This document shows, piece after piece, positions 29,752 to 41,220 of a stretch of 64,000 bases of DNA (positions are counted from its first letter, which is position 1; each line of letters begins with the position of its first letter). The notes below the pieces were generated by a model that had not been told where the DNA came from, made no database searches, and was given only the letters and a program-made list of their open reading frames with translations. Source of the stretch: an uncultured candidate division Zixibacteria bacterium (lineage in GTDB: Bacteria; Zixibacteria; MSB-5A5; UBA10806); assembly GCA_963817915.1 (NCBI GenBank), contig CAWFQL010000012.1, positions 416,001-480,000 of the forward strand, in the 5' to 3' direction. The position numbers and the translations under genes were made by a program.

Positions 29752-30975
29752 TCATTTAATCCTGAATATTTGCTTGCACCATACAATAAGCTCATGAAAA
29801 AACGGCCTGATATCGCTTAATTTTAGGACTTCATATTTCATGTTTGGTTTGTAGAATTTGCAGAATTCGAAAATTGTCCTGATTCGTCCGAATGATCCGT
29901 CAGGCAAATGCAATTTCTTTCTAGATTTGAACAACCGTGCCAGGAGATGATCGACATCTCCCATGAGCCATCGCGATTGAACTCCAATCTTATAGTCAAA
30001 CTGAGGTTTTATATCGCCATCGATTGTCATTTTATAGAGCATATATGGAAAATCCATATCCGAATCAATTGCCAATTGCAGTGATCCCCAGAATCTGGCA
30101 TTGATTTCCATTATCTTAGGAATATTATTCTTGGCATCCAATTTGAATTCTACCATCGCCACGCCATGCCAATTCAGAGCTTTAAGAAGCTTAAGCGAGT
30201 AATCACTGATAATGGAATCAGGAGCTATAGATTCTCTCAATACGCTTACCCCTCCGGAAGGGGGTATTTCGCGAATTCTCCTATGAAAGAAGATCGCCTT
30301 CGCATCGCCCTTATTAAATAGAGCAAATGCTCCGAGGCCCGGCCCCTGTATTCGCTCCTGGATTATTGGAAGCGGCATAGACTTATCGCTATTTTTCAAT
30401 TTAGCAATTAACTCATTTTTTGTATTAGCGTAGCCCACACCGGTGGCAACCCACCCAGCGTCTGATAAATATTTTGATCGCCTGGGTTTGATAACGACGG
30501 GATAATCAAAATCAATATTTGAATTAATTATATCTTCTACACAACCGGGGCTATAGCTTTTAGGGAATGGTATTCCGATTTTCTTGCATAGATCAATGAC
30601 TTCCGATTTTTCGGATGCCCGCATAAATTGCTCTCGTTCAACGATTGGAACTTTAGTCAATTTCGCGATTTCCTCTTTGTATTGTGCCACAAGATAGCAG
30701 GTCAAATCGGTTGTTGGAATAATCATGGCATATTTATTCCTTTTAAGCTCCTGCAATAGAGATTCTATGAATTTCAGAGGATATTTAAGAGGGGAGATGT
30801 ATTCAAACTTAGCAGCGCAATATTTGGATCTTGAGGCCAGACAGGGAATATTGTCCTCCCCAACAGTCACATTTATGCCTCTTCTTCCCAGCGATCTTAC
30901 GATAGCCAATGACGAACGTTGCCGTCCATCCAATACCAATACGGATTCCATATTATTTTTGCTTAAGCCCGCCAT
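29752..30975 (-). CDS. ATP-grasp ligase
   Basis: YPVVIKP, IIQERIQG, EINARFWGS. Confidence 0.85.
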   Translation of the reverse strand: MAGLSKNNMESVLVLDGRQRSSLAIVRSLGRRGINVTVGEDNIPCLASRSKYCAAKFEYISPLKYPLKFIESLLQELKRNKYAMIIPTTDLTCYLVAQYKEEIAKLTKVPIVEREQFMRASEKSEVIDLCKKIGIPFPKSYSPGCVEDIINSNIDFDYPVVIKPRRSKYLSDAGWVATGVGYANTKNELIAKLKNSDKSMPLPIIQERIQGPGLGAFALFNKGDAKAIFFHRRIREIPPSGGVSVLRESIAPDSIISDYSLKLLKALNWHGVAMVEFKLDAKNNIPKIMEINARFWGSLQLAIDSDMDFPYMLYKMTIDGDIKPQFDYKIGVQSRWLMGDVDHLLARLFKSRKKLHLPDGSFGRIRTIFEFCKFYKPNMKYEVLKLSDIRPFFHELIVWCKQIFRIK

Positions 30976-30983
30976 TTCATTGT

Positions 30984-32066
30984 TTATTCAAATCTGCTAA
31001 GATGCAATGAAAACATCGCTCTTGAGAATTTGCCTAGAGGTCCGATTGAAATATCATTGTGAATTCCAACCCTTCCTAAGGCGAATATATTTTTTACTTT
31101 AATTCCTGAATTCTCGTTTCCTACAATAAATGCGTATTGATATCCGGCCTTTTCGACAGCCTTTTCAATTTCCTCATTATGGTTACCATTGGGATATGAA
31201 AATGAAATTATCGGCTTTTCGATTTTCTCTTCAATAATCTTTTTTGATTTATGCAACTCTTCATTGACCTCATTTAGTTCAATGATAGTCAATAGCCTAT
31301 GCGACATCCCATGAGATCCAAATTCTATATGAGCCTTGCTCATTTCTTTCACTTCGTCCCAATTTAGCATTAAACGATCTTCTTCTGCGCGCGCGGGGGC
31401 AGAGCTCGCCGCATTCTTTAATTTGCCTATTATATCGTAGATGATACTAATTTCTACTGATTTTAATTTTTCTATTAAACTGTCTTTATCTTGGATTATG
31501 AAATCCAAATCGTCAGCCAGCAAATTTTGAGCAGATTTTGAATCCGGTAATTTCCCCAACGAATTCGTTAATACGCTCTTTAACATATCCCGCGTAATTG
31601 CCGGATTCGCCAATATCGAGCTAATTTCATAAAACCAAAATATCCTGCCACTACCAATAAAATCAACTGCCAAAAATATCGTCGCCGAAACGCCATATTT
31701 GTTTAGTATGGGATAAGCGTGAATGAAATTATCCCGCCATCCATCATCAAATGTGATTAGCACTGATTTTCGGGGCAAAAGGTTATTGTTTTTGATGGAA
31801 TTATCAAATTCCCTCATAGAAATCGGCTTATATGTTTTTGCAAGAAATTCAATCTGCTTTTCAAATACTTTATTATTCACGTACAGACCGGGCTGAAGGG
31901 AATCCTTGTCAGTGGTTTCGTCTATTATTCGGTGATACATCAGGATTAAAGGACGGGCTTCGCCCGAAAATTTCCCTTTCAAATAAGTAATTATGGCCAG
32001 GATGCCTGAATAATACATGGCAACAGCAGCCAGATACTTTGCGATTCTTTTTAACTGTGCGATCAT
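30984..32066 (-). CDS. Polysaccharide deacetylase
   Basis: ILMYHR, ITFDDGW, FGSHGMSH, SYPNG. Confidence 0.9.
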   Translation of the reverse strand: MIAQLKRIAKYLAAVAMYYSGILAIITYLKGKFSGEARPLILMYHRIIDETTDKDSLQPGLYVNNKVFEKQIEFLAKTYKPISMREFDNSIKNNNLLPRKSVLITFDDGWRDNFIHAYPILNKYGVSATIFLAVDFIGSGRIFWFYEISSILANPAITRDMLKSVLTNSLGKLPDSKSAQNLLADDLDFIIQDKDSLIEKLKSVEISIIYDIIGKLKNAASSAPARAEEDRLMLNWDEVKEMSKAHIEFGSHGMSHRLLTIIELNEVNEELHKSKKIIEEKIEKPIISFSYPNGNHNEEIEKAVEKAGYQYAFIVGNENSGIKVKNIFALGRVGIHNDISIGPLGKFSRAMFSLHLSRFE

Positions 32067-32074
32067 ATTAAAAA

Positions 32075-33277
32075 CTATTTTCCAGTTAGGCATTCAAGAA
32101 TTTTATCTACATCGCGGTTCGTTAAATAAGGATGAGTGGGCAGAGTAAAAAGCCGATCTACAACAGTCTGAGCCCCATTAAAATCGAATTCCTGATTTGC
32201 CAGGTATCTTCCAATTCCCGGTATTTGACTAATTGTCGATGGATACATCGCACTAGCCTTTATGCCATATTTCGAAAGTCTGAAAATGGCCTTATCTCGC
32301 TCATTTCTGTTGCGAGCCATGACGGGAAGACGCACGTAAATCGTATTATTGTTTTCGCTATATCCGGGAATTTTATAACGATCATCGCATGATAGTCTTT
32401 CACCAATCATTTTTGCATTTTGGGATCTAATCGCATTAAAATGATTTAGCTTATGAAACATCGCGGCTCCGGCGCACTTCTGCAACCGCGAGAGACCGCC
32501 TATTTCAAAGTTTGGCTCAAAGACCGTCTGGCCCAAGTTGAGGAATGGCATCTTATTGGGCAGCCAGTATAATCTTGGATGAAGCATTAAGGCATACGCG
32601 ATAATCTTCAAAAGCGCAGATAATTCATGAGCCGTTGAATATTGGCGCATTTTCTTAGCAGTTTTCTCTACAATTACAGCGAGCTCATCCTTATTTGTGA
32701 TTAAAATGCCGCCAAGATATGTAGACAAGGGTTTGCCGCGATCAAGACTGAATATGCCAGCATCACCAAAACTGCCCGCCGGTCGATTTCCAAATCTTGA
32801 TCCCATTGCCTGGGCTGAATCATCTATTATAAAAACATTATGATCTCGACGGATAGGCAATAAATTATCCCAATTACTGACAATTCCGAACAGATTGCTT
32901 GGTACAATCGCCAGGACTTTATCGAAATTCAGTTTCAATAGTTGTCCATAATCGAAATCCATGGTCGATGGGTCAATGTCGACCAGCCGAATCTTCAGTC
33001 CAAGCTTAGCGACCGGAGCCGCAACCGTAAAACAAGTATAAGCGGGGATAATCACTTCATCCCTTGATGAATCTGATAGCTTCATCATGCCATCAAGCGC
33101 ATGATAGAGAGCGGTTCTTCCCAGATTAAAAAGAAAACAATGCTTCGCTCCGGTTAGAGTCTTTATTTGGTTAATAAAGATTGAAGAGTTCGCTTCGGGC
33201 TTAAAACGAGAACCGAGCATTTTAAAAATGTCTGCAGTCGAGATCGGAAAGCCTGCTGGAGGAACTAAATATGGCAT
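32075..33277 (-). CDS. DegT/DnrJ/EryC1/StrS aminotransferase family
   Basis: IIPAYTC, IDDSAQ, FSLDRGKPL, TLPTHP. Confidence 0.85.
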   Translation of the reverse strand: MPYLVPPAGFPISTADIFKMLGSRFKPEANSSIFINQIKTLTGAKHCFLFNLGRTALYHALDGMMKLSDSSRDEVIIPAYTCFTVAAPVAKLGLKIRLVDIDPSTMDFDYGQLLKLNFDKVLAIVPSNLFGIVSNWDNLLPIRRDHNVFIIDDSAQAMGSRFGNRPAGSFGDAGIFSLDRGKPLSTYLGGILITNKDELAVIVEKTAKKMRQYSTAHELSALLKIIAYALMLHPRLYWLPNKMPFLNLGQTVFEPNFEIGGLSRLQKCAGAAMFHKLNHFNAIRSQNAKMIGERLSCDDRYKIPGYSENNNTIYVRLPVMARNRNERDKAIFRLSKYGIKASAMYPSTISQIPGIGRYLANQEFDFNGAQTVVDRLFTLPTHPYLTNRDVDKILECLTGK

Positions 33278-33345
33278 AAATTAATTTCTCGCCAAATTCC
33301 AATTTTAGACGATTTTGTCCGACGATAGTGCTCAGCCATCAAAAT

Positions 33346-34467
33346 TTAACGCCCCAATTGCCTTCTGATTATTGGCCCTAAATATCTCGTCATTGACAGG
33401 GGCACAGTCTTATTCCAGGCCGTGCTGAAAAATTTCATTGTATTGGATGAGGAATCAATTGGGCCATGCGAAGGCCTATCATTCTTAGGGTCAGCATTCA
33501 ATAGATAATGATTGTAATCTACAAGTTCTGCTCCCCATTTTTCCTTAAATATCTTTTGCCCATCGTACCGTATCGATCCAAAGTCAAAAAACTCATATTT
33601 ATTTTCAATTCCCCATTTGATGAAACGCCAATGACAAAGATCGTTAGGCCGCTTATCCCAATAAGCAGGGTCCGAAACAGTATTGATAATATGTATGCCT
33701 TTACCAACAGCAAAACCCAATAATGACGCGATAATTTTGCCTTCATATTCCGCCCAGAATATTTTTAGATATTTACTGAGATTTTCGGCTATTTGGGAAT
33801 AATAGGTAAGAGGGTGGGCCGGAACTCCGAGCCTTTTCATCGATTGCAAAAACAGCGGGTAAAAATTATCTTTTATCATCCCGGGATCGGATTTTTCATA
33901 GCAGGTCACATTATTGCGTTCAGCCTTTCGAATAGCCTTGCGAACCATTCGATCAACTTTGGTCTCGAAAAATAGATCTGCATCAGCCTCCAATTTTAAT
34001 ATCCCGCGATAATGCTGATTGGTAGGAATTAGATATTTGTCCCGTATATTTTGGGGGATACCAAACCCGCCATGAATTTCGGCGGACTTGACCTTTGCCT
34101 GCACCAGTACTTCTCTGGTCAGATTGAAGACATCATCATATTCTTCTGCTTTCAAATCTCCAAGCAGCAAGCCACCATATTCTGAGAATGGTTGAGAAAG
34201 TAATTTTTTTCCGAAGAAAACACTATTGAATATAAAAAATGGGATTATTCCGACTACGTTCTCGTTTTTTTCCAAAAGATAATAATGAGGCTGATAACGA
34301 TATGAATTCTCGACGACCTTTTTATACCCAATTAGATGGCAAAATCTGCCTTCCGGGTGATTAATAACAAAATTGTCCCAGGACGTCTGATAAGATTCAT
34401 CCGATGAAAGCGGCGTTAAATTTATTCCGGATAATAGTTCTATTTTTTTATTCAACTTCTTTTCCAT
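33346..34467 (-). CDS. FemAB-related GNAT acyltransferase
   Basis: SQPFSEYGG, RKAIRKA, FDFGS..FKEKWGA. Confidence 0.8.
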   Translation of the reverse strand: MEKKLNKKIELLSGINLTPLSSDESYQTSWDNFVINHPEGRFCHLIGYKKVVENSYRYQPHYYLLEKNENVVGIIPFFIFNSVFFGKKLLSQPFSEYGGLLLGDLKAEEYDDVFNLTREVLVQAKVKSAEIHGGFGIPQNIRDKYLIPTNQHYRGILKLEADADLFFETKVDRMVRKAIRKAERNNVTCYEKSDPGMIKDNFYPLFLQSMKRLGVPAHPLTYYSQIAENLSKYLKIFWAEYEGKIIASLLGFAVGKGIHIINTVSDPAYWDKRPNDLCHWRFIKWGIENKYEFFDFGSIRYDGQKIFKEKWGAELVDYNHYLLNADPKNDRPSHGPIDSSSNTMKFFSTAWNKTVPLSMTRYLGPIIRRQLGR

Positions 34468-34503
34468 TGGATAAATTCTAAATTAATTTGATTCACATTT
34501 CAT

Positions 34504-35934
34504 TTATTTTAGGAGGTTACAGCTTGCGCTACAAATTCTCGAATTTTCCTTTTCTGCTATATTTTTCAAGATGAAAGTAAGGGAGTAAAGAGTCCACATT
34601 TGTGGGTAGTATGCGGCCGATAAAAATGTTGCTGTCACAATATACCCTATTATTGAGGCTGGAATCGCGCTTGATATAACCATTATGGTCTCATCGTGAT
34701 TTGCAATAGGCAGCTTTCTTATATTTGCCACTGTCTTTAGCGCATAGATCATCAAAGCCAGATACATTATTATTCCAAAGACCCCCAGCTCTCCCATAAC
34801 TTGGGGAATCGTCCCATGAAAAGTCCTTCCCCATTGCGTATTTCGATCCCGAAATCCTTGCACATATTCAGGCATCCTGACCGGACCATTGCCTGCGCCC
34901 ACACCCGTTAATGGATTATCCATCATCATCCTGACTCCAGCCATCCAATATAGTCGCCTTAGACGTGCTGTGCCTTGGTCAGTCTGCTTTATAGACATTA
35001 TCTTTTGCCAGTAATCGGATGATGCGAATAGAGTCATGGCAATAGCGGCAAAGATTGTCATTGCGATTCCCAGCCATTTCTTTTTGGAGTAAAATATACT
35101 AAAAACCATTAGAGTTACCAAACCGACAAAGCCTCCCCTGGATGAACTGATCATTACGCCTATCGTAAATACGAAAAAAACAATAAGGCTAAAGTATTTT
35201 TTAGATGGTGTTTTGGCGTACACAAAATAATAATACGCAAATGGTATGACGGCAATTAATGCTAAAGCAAAATCAGCCTCGTCTCCGATAAATCCACTCC
35301 CCGTTCGTCCGCTCGAACGGTCTCCGGCTGCATTAATAAATCCTACCACAAAGTAATTTACAAAACCCTTATATGAGTGATAGAGATGAATAATCAAAAT
35401 CAACCATACTATGCCGCTTAATCTTTCTTTGGTGTCGACCACATTAGTTGCAATCAGGAATATTACAAAAACAGTAAACATGGCTTGGGTAGTATCGTAA
35501 GCAAATCGGTTATTGGCAGCTGTTATTATTGTCAGGCCCATCAATGCAATGAGAAGGATATAAATTGTATTAAAACGCTCCCAGCGGATATTCCTATGAT
35601 TTCTCGAAAGGCTCACAATCCAGGAAATAAGCATAAGCAATTCGATAATCATTGTGACTCGTAATGCTTCGAAGGCGGGGAATATATCAACAGGTCTTAG
35701 ATATTCACACAAAAAATATAACAGTACGCCGGCGTATACATTCATTAATACTACGATACCTACAACAACTGCGGGCACTATCGCGATTACGGCAAACTGC
35801 AATTTAAATGGCAATAATGCGAGAAGAATGGCCGCTATAATTGAAAAGATCAAAAAGAAGATAAATCCAAGCCGCCTGTTTGTAATCAGGTCGTCTTTGG
35901 TTTTAATCCAATTGGAATTTATGAAATCAGCCAT
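34504..35934 (-). CDS. O-antigen ligase/Wzy-like membrane protein
   Basis: Multiple TM segments; SSRGGFVG, NPLTGVGAGN, H..GELG. Confidence 0.85.
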   Translation of the reverse strand: MADFINSNWIKTKDDLITNRRLGFIFFLIFSIIAAILLALLPFKLQFAVIAIVPAVVVGIVVLMNVYAGVLLYFLCEYLRPVDIFPAFEALRVTMIIELLMLISWIVSLSRNHRNIRWERFNTIYILLIALMGLTIITAANNRFAYDTTQAMFTVFVIFLIATNVVDTKERLSGIVWLILIIHLYHSYKGFVNYFVVGFINAAGDRSSGRTGSGFIGDEADFALALIAVIPFAYYYFVYAKTPSKKYFSLIVFFVFTIGVMISSSRGGFVGLVTLMVFSIFYSKKKWLGIAMTIFAAIAMTLFASSDYWQKIMSIKQTDQGTARLRRLYWMAGVRMMMDNPLTGVGAGNGPVRMPEYVQGFRDRNTQWGRTFHGTIPQVMGELGVFGIIMYLALMIYALKTVANIRKLPIANHDETIMVISSAIPASIIGYIVTATFLSAAYYPQMWTLYSLTFILKNIAEKENSRICSASCNLLK

Positions 35935-36000
35935 TGTAAATAGCTCTTAGCATTAATTACTACTTCTACTCCTCGCATCCCTTCCAGGATCGATCTTAGC

Positions 36001-37476
36001 TCAGCCGCCAATAAATTGCCTTATTTTTAATGGATTTCTAACGCATTTTTTTACAAAATCCTTTTCATCTTGATTGAATATACCCGTAAAATAAAGCAAG
36101 GCTGGGAATAAAAATGTTAAAAACAAACTCGAAATCGATGATAAAAATACATTTTGAATGTTAATCACAAACGAACAGGTTAATAATATCGCATAAATGA
36201 TGGTCACCTGGAGAATTTTTGACCAGGCATATTCGATATGCAAAAGATATTGTCCAAATAAATAGATAAGCACAGCGCGAATAGCGTATGAGAATAATGT
36301 CGAATAAGCTGCTCCGATACTACCCCAACGTGGTATAAATAGAAAATTTAGCAAAAGATTAATTATACCGGCAATTGCTGATGAAAGCGCGAAATATTTG
36401 GTCTTATCATTGACCAATATACCCACTCCGACTATAAGAATAATCCCATTCAAAACGTACGCAAAGCTAATGAGTGGTACCAGTTTATAAGCGCTCCAGT
36501 ACGAAGGGTTAGAGATTAAACGGAGAACGTCCTTGGATAGTATTGAAAGCGCTAAACTTAAAAACATGGAGCCTAAGAGAAAATAAGTAAATACCTTGGA
36601 TATTGTCTCCTTGGCGCCGTCCTGTTTCACGATATCGAACATACGGGCGTGCCATATTTGTTGGAATGGAGCCACAAATAAAACTGATATCAGCATCCCA
36701 AACTTATAAGCCAAAGAATATAGTCCTACAGAATCCAAGTCGCGATAGTGGTTTAGGAAAAATCGGTCGGCAAAGGTCAGCATAAAGGCGGAGAGATCAG
36801 AAACCAGGAGTGGCGCCCCAAATTTGAACATATGCAATATTATATTTCCACTGAATTTAAATTTCGTTTCGCGGAAAGTAGACCAAAGGAGATATGCACT
36901 GATCGTAACAGAGGCAATTAGTGAGCTGTAGAGAATTCCGGCAACACCCATTCTAAAATACACAAGAAACACAATATTGAGTATCAGGCTAAGTATCAGT
37001 CTAACAGTTCCAACTAATATGTATCGCAAGCTCTGTTGTTTTGCTCTTAGATACACAAGTGGAATTTCTATTCCGGCTGAGAAGAACATGGTTGTGAACA
37101 TAATGCGGAAATAGCCAGAATATTCCACTGTTCCGAACACCAGTTTTGTAATAGAATTAGAGAGCAAGTAACCGGCCGTGGCCGTAAATCCCATTATCAC
37201 TAGCGTACTTATAATTGATGAACTGACGACCAATTTTCGTTCGTCTGTGTTTCCGAATTTGTAGTAGAAACGCATGACGGCCGCCGTCATACCGGCACCG
37301 ACTATGGTGGATATTACATCAATCGTGAGCGTAAGAAGCTCCAATATGCCATATTCGGCCGGTACCAGCAGATTTGTATAAAGCGGAATCATAAGGAACG
37401 ATATAATTTTGCTTAGAACAATACCAAGCGTATATATCGATCCATGTTTAGCTATATTTTTTATTTCATTATACAT
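36001..37476 (-). CDS. Wzx-type oligosaccharide flippase
   Basis: About 12-14 TM segments; EYGILEL, DRFFL..VGLYSLAYK. Confidence 0.85.
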   Translation of the reverse strand: MYNEIKNIAKHGSIYTLGIVLSKIISFLMIPLYTNLLVPAEYGILELLTLTIDVISTIVGAGMTAAVMRFYYKFGNTDERKLVVSSSIISTLVIMGFTATAGYLLSNSITKLVFGTVEYSGYFRIMFTTMFFSAGIEIPLVYLRAKQQSLRYILVGTVRLILSLILNIVFLVYFRMGVAGILYSSLIASVTISAYLLWSTFRETKFKFSGNIILHMFKFGAPLLVSDLSAFMLTFADRFFLNHYRDLDSVGLYSLAYKFGMLISVLFVAPFQQIWHARMFDIVKQDGAKETISKVFTYFLLGSMFLSLALSILSKDVLRLISNPSYWSAYKLVPLISFAYVLNGIILIVGVGILVNDKTKYFALSSAIAGIINLLLNFLFIPRWGSIGAAYSTLFSYAIRAVLIYLFGQYLLHIEYAWSKILQVTIIYAILLTCSFVINIQNVFLSSISSLFLTFLFPALLYFTGIFNQDEKDFVKKCVRNPLKIRQFIGG

Positions 37477-37554
37477 GCCAAAGATTTGAAAGATTCTCCC
37501 GTATCCAATGTGATAGTCGAAATTTGAAAATCTTTAGAATCTAATTTGAATCCC

Positions 37555-38898
37555 TCAATTCGTTAAATTGCTCATGATCTGAGCCAATTTCTCAGTTTGT
37601 TTGCGTCTTGTAATTTCCCGCAGTTTTACTTTGTCGCTTTCGATAGTATTTGTCCCGATATTTCTTTCATTCATAAGTTTAGTTATGCAATTCTTTATTG
37701 CTTTCTTGTCGTTAATCCCAGCTTCTAAGACACTATTAAATTGGCTCAAAAACTCACTCGTCATTCCTGGCGGTATTAACGCGAGAATCTTATTGCCGGT
37801 TGCCAGATATTCGAATGTCTTACCGGGGATTGCGGAATTTGCCATTTCGGATTGTATTACCAACAAAACATCGGCATTCATAATCTTGTCGAAATATCTA
37901 TCTTTCGGAATCGGCCCGGAACTGAAAACAATTCCGTCCAATTTTAATTCCCTAATCAAATTTCTTATCTTCGCGTCGCCGAGATCATTCTTGCCCACAA
38001 ATTCAATCCGAATCTCTTCTTTATTTATGAGATTTTCTGCAATCAATTCGGAAACTGCCTCGAAAAAGGCAGATGGATCCCGGCCCATATATAATGTGCC
38101 AGCATAAAGAAAGCTTAATGGTTCATTTTTATTTTTTGTCATCTTCACTCGGCCTTCAAAATCCTCTTCATCATAGCCATTGAAAATTGTCGAACATTTC
38201 CCGTCCTTCAAATAATACTTATTTTTGAATTGACTGGCTATTAACGGTGTAGCTGTAATGATAAGTCTCGCTTTCGTGATTACGGCCCTTTCAAGGCATC
38301 GTTCTACAAAATCGGAAAGCTTGTTTGAATGAGCGTATAATCTGACTCCCATCGTCCACGGATCCCGAAAATCGACGACCAATTTTCGGCCCGTGAAAAA
38401 TTTGGCGGCCAAGCCAATCAGATGTCCAGTGAATGGCGGACCTGAAGCATATATGATATCTATTTTATTCTTCCTTATCAGCTTGATCGCGGCAAATACT
38501 CCGGGGAAAAACCAGCCGATATGTTCATCCGGCGTGGCAGATAATGAATCTATTAATTTTTTCCATAATGGCCTCCTAATTGGGAGTCTTTCACCGGCAG
38601 AAGCGGTACTATCACTGATTTTTTGCCCGGAATTATTTTCCGGATTCTTATGTCGTTTGATTTTTTTTTTCAACATCGAAATAAGATCATCGAGCGTAAG
38701 CCATTTTGAAGTGCGATGAATTTTAAAACTATATTCGTGGTCAGATGTGTCTACAGTGGGATAATATCTGGTTTCTACGGTTAAAATATATGGATCCCAG
38801 CCATAACTAGGCAAATATTTGGCAAATTTGACGCTTCGAACAGCTCCTACTTCCAAATCAGGATGGAAATGATAGGCAATGATTAATACTTTTGGCAT
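37555..38898 (-). CDS. Glycosyltransferase family 4-like
   Basis: IIAYHFHP..GAVR, DFRDPW, PGKTFEYL. Confidence 0.85.
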   Translation of the reverse strand: MPKVLIIAYHFHPDLEVGAVRSVKFAKYLPSYGWDPYILTVETRYYPTVDTSDHEYSFKIHRTSKWLTLDDLISMLKKKIKRHKNPENNSGQKISDSTASAGERLPIRRPLWKKLIDSLSATPDEHIGWFFPGVFAAIKLIRKNKIDIIYASGPPFTGHLIGLAAKFFTGRKLVVDFRDPWTMGVRLYAHSNKLSDFVERCLERAVITKARLIITATPLIASQFKNKYYLKDGKCSTIFNGYDEEDFEGRVKMTKNKNEPLSFLYAGTLYMGRDPSAFFEAVSELIAENLINKEEIRIEFVGKNDLGDAKIRNLIRELKLDGIVFSSGPIPKDRYFDKIMNADVLLVIQSEMANSAIPGKTFEYLATGNKILALIPPGMTSEFLSQFNSVLEAGINDKKAIKNCITKLMNERNIGTNTIESDKVKLREITRRKQTEKLAQIMSNLTN

Positions 38899-39087
38899 TT
38901 TACATACTCTAATAACAAAATTACCTGATGAAAATAATCATTCCCATATCGCGGGAGATGCCGCATTTCTATCACTATTATCACATATCCCATATCTACG
39001 CTAATTCCAAATTATTCTTTCATTGAGTCGATACAAATCATATTGAATTTCCATCTCGGAAACCCCATCTGCTTTCTGAATTGGTTC

Positions 39088-39729
39088 CTAAATCATCCCC
39101 AATTCCTTAAGTTCCTTTTCAAATCTTATTTTATACATATATGGAAGTATCTCGTCATAATTTCCAACCGCTATATCCTGGAAATTGCCATCTTTTTTGC
39201 ATTTATAATAATGCTCCTTGCTCCTATAACCGATGACTTCGGCCGGATTTCCGAGGACTATTGCCAAGGGAGGAACATTCTTGGTTACTACCGCGCCCAT
39301 GCCTATAATTGCGCCTTCTCCAATTTCGATTCCCGGCATTATCATGACTCCGGCGCCTGTCCAGACGAATTCCCTTATGACTACAGGCTTGAGTTCGACA
39401 CCGTTATCGAATGGTATCCTTTGGGCGTTGCGATATTTATGCTGGACTGTAAAAATAGTACAATTGTATCCAATGCCAGTGTTTTGGCCAATATAAAGAC
39501 CACCCTGTGAATTGATCATCGTCCCACTATAAATTGAGACCCTATCTTTTAAAACAACCCTGTTCGGCATATTTATAAGTACATTATTGTCGATTTTAAT
39601 GTCTTTCCCATATTCCTTGAACTGCTCGGGTAAATATTCTCTTGATTGGCTTCTTAGAAATTGGTCATAATTCCATGATAGGAATTTGTAAATCAGGCTT
39701 TTACCAAATAGCTTCTTAATTATATTCAT
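39088..39729 (-). CDS. Hexapeptide-repeat acyltransferase
   Basis: IGEGAIIGMGAVVTKNVP..GNPA. Confidence 0.88.
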   Translation of the reverse strand: MNIIKKLFGKSLIYKFLSWNYDQFLRSQSREYLPEQFKEYGKDIKIDNNVLINMPNRVVLKDRVSIYSGTMINSQGGLYIGQNTGIGYNCTIFTVQHKYRNAQRIPFDNGVELKPVVIREFVWTGAGVMIMPGIEIGEGAIIGMGAVVTKNVPPLAIVLGNPAEVIGYRSKEHYYKCKKDGNFQDIAVGNYDEILPYMYKIRFEKELKELGMI

Positions 39730-40050
39730 ATGGTGATTAATTGACTCAAGTCGAAATTGTCAATCCCTAAAATTGTTGCTTATCCCCGGTTTCCTGCAAA
39801 ATACCGAACAGGCTGCTTAATATCATATCGGCATCCTAATGTCAACTTACAGCTTGTCACCGGAGCTAAATATATCAACTTCCTCAACTTAAAAGAAAAT
39901 TCTTGCGGAATTCAACCTTATTCCATAATCTAATAAATTCATTTCCACTGCCGACAAAAAAAGGGAGGCATTTGATGGGAAATATTTGCTGTTTTGAATC
40001 CAGTGGAGTGATATGCCGAATCGATAACTATAGGAAGACAACTGAGAATT

Positions 40051-41148
40051 ATGGCTAAAAAGATTATCCTAATTACAGGCGCCAGACCCAATTTCATAAA
40101 GGCGGCGCCGCTATTGTCGGAATTGCATAAACATTCCGACAAAATCCAAACAATTTTGGTTCATACCGGACAGCATTATAATCATAACCTTTCTCAGCTT
40201 TTTTTCGAGGAATTGAAAATGCCCAAACCCGATATTTATCTCGGGATCGGCTCCGGAAGCCATAGCCAGCAGACCGCTGGCATGATGACTGGCCTCGAAA
40301 AGGCATTTGAAGATCATAAACCGGACATGGTCGTGGTTTTTGGAGACGTTAATTCGACTCTGGCAGGTTCGTTGGTAGCCTCGAAAATGTGTATTCCGAT
40401 CGCTCACGTCGAATCGGGATTGAGAAGTTTCGACATGACAATGCCCGAGGAAGTAAATCGAATCGTTACCGACCGACTATCAGATATCTGCTTTGTCTCC
40501 GAAAATTCAGGCATGGTGAATTTGCGAAATGAAGGAGTATCGTCGGAAAAGATGTTTTTTGTAGGCAATATTATGATTGATTCTCTGATTAAACATCTCG
40601 AAGTTTGCAGGAAATCGGCAATATTGGATACGTTAAAATTGACCCCCAAAAACTATGTGGCGATCACACTTCATCGTCCATCCAATGTCGATAACGCTGA
40701 TATTCTCAAGAAGGTCCTAATGGTGCTTAAAAATATAAGTAAAAGAATACCGATTGTATTTCCTTGTCATCCAAGGACTAAGAGCGATTTAGAAAAATTC
40801 GGACTATTGGATTTTGCTGAAAAAGATAATATTCGAATAATTGAGCCGTTGGGGTATATCGAATTTCTCAGGCTCCAGAGTGACGCTAAATTTATCTTAA
40901 CGGATTCCGGGGGAATTCAGGAAGAAACCACATATCTGCATATTCCCTGCGTTACTTTGAGGTACAATACCGAACGACCTGTCACAGTTGATGTTGGTAG
41001 TAATGTGCTCACCGGGCCGGAACCTGAAAAGATATTGGCGGCGGTCGACCAAATTTTTAATAGCACCTTTAAGGCCGGCCAAATCCCGCCGCTCTGGGAT
41101 GGGGCTACCGCCGGTAGAATCGCCGATATCATATTGAAGAAATGCTAA
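40051..41148 (+). CDS. wecB: UDP-N-acetylglucosamine 2-epimerase (non-hydrolysing)
   Basis: GARPNFIK, HTGQHY, HVESGLRS, TDSGGIQEE. Confidence 0.93.
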   Translation: MAKKIILITGARPNFIKAAPLLSELHKHSDKIQTILVHTGQHYNHNLSQLFFEELKMPKPDIYLGIGSGSHSQQTAGMMTGLEKAFEDHKPDMVVVFGDVNSTLAGSLVASKMCIPIAHVESGLRSFDMTMPEEVNRIVTDRLSDICFVSENSGMVNLRNEGVSSEKMFFVGNIMIDSLIKHLEVCRKSAILDTLKLTPKNYVAITLHRPSNVDNADILKKVLMVLKNISKRIPIVFPCHPRTKSDLEKFGLLDFAEKDNIRIIEPLGYIEFLRLQSDAKFILTDSGGIQEETTYLHIPCVTLRYNTERPVTVDVGSNVLTGPEPEKILAAVDQIFNSTFKAGQIPPLWDGATAGRIADIILKKC

Positions 41149-41220
41149 AATCTTTTGTACAATCCATATTACAGGAATCAAGCTTATTGCGGATTCGTAA
41201 TCTATTGAGCTCCTCTTAAG

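Noticed and set aside
41103..41112. ops/JUMPStart-like GGCGGTAG on the minus strand
   Set aside because: Lies inside the wecB coding sequence, antisense and not in an operon leader.
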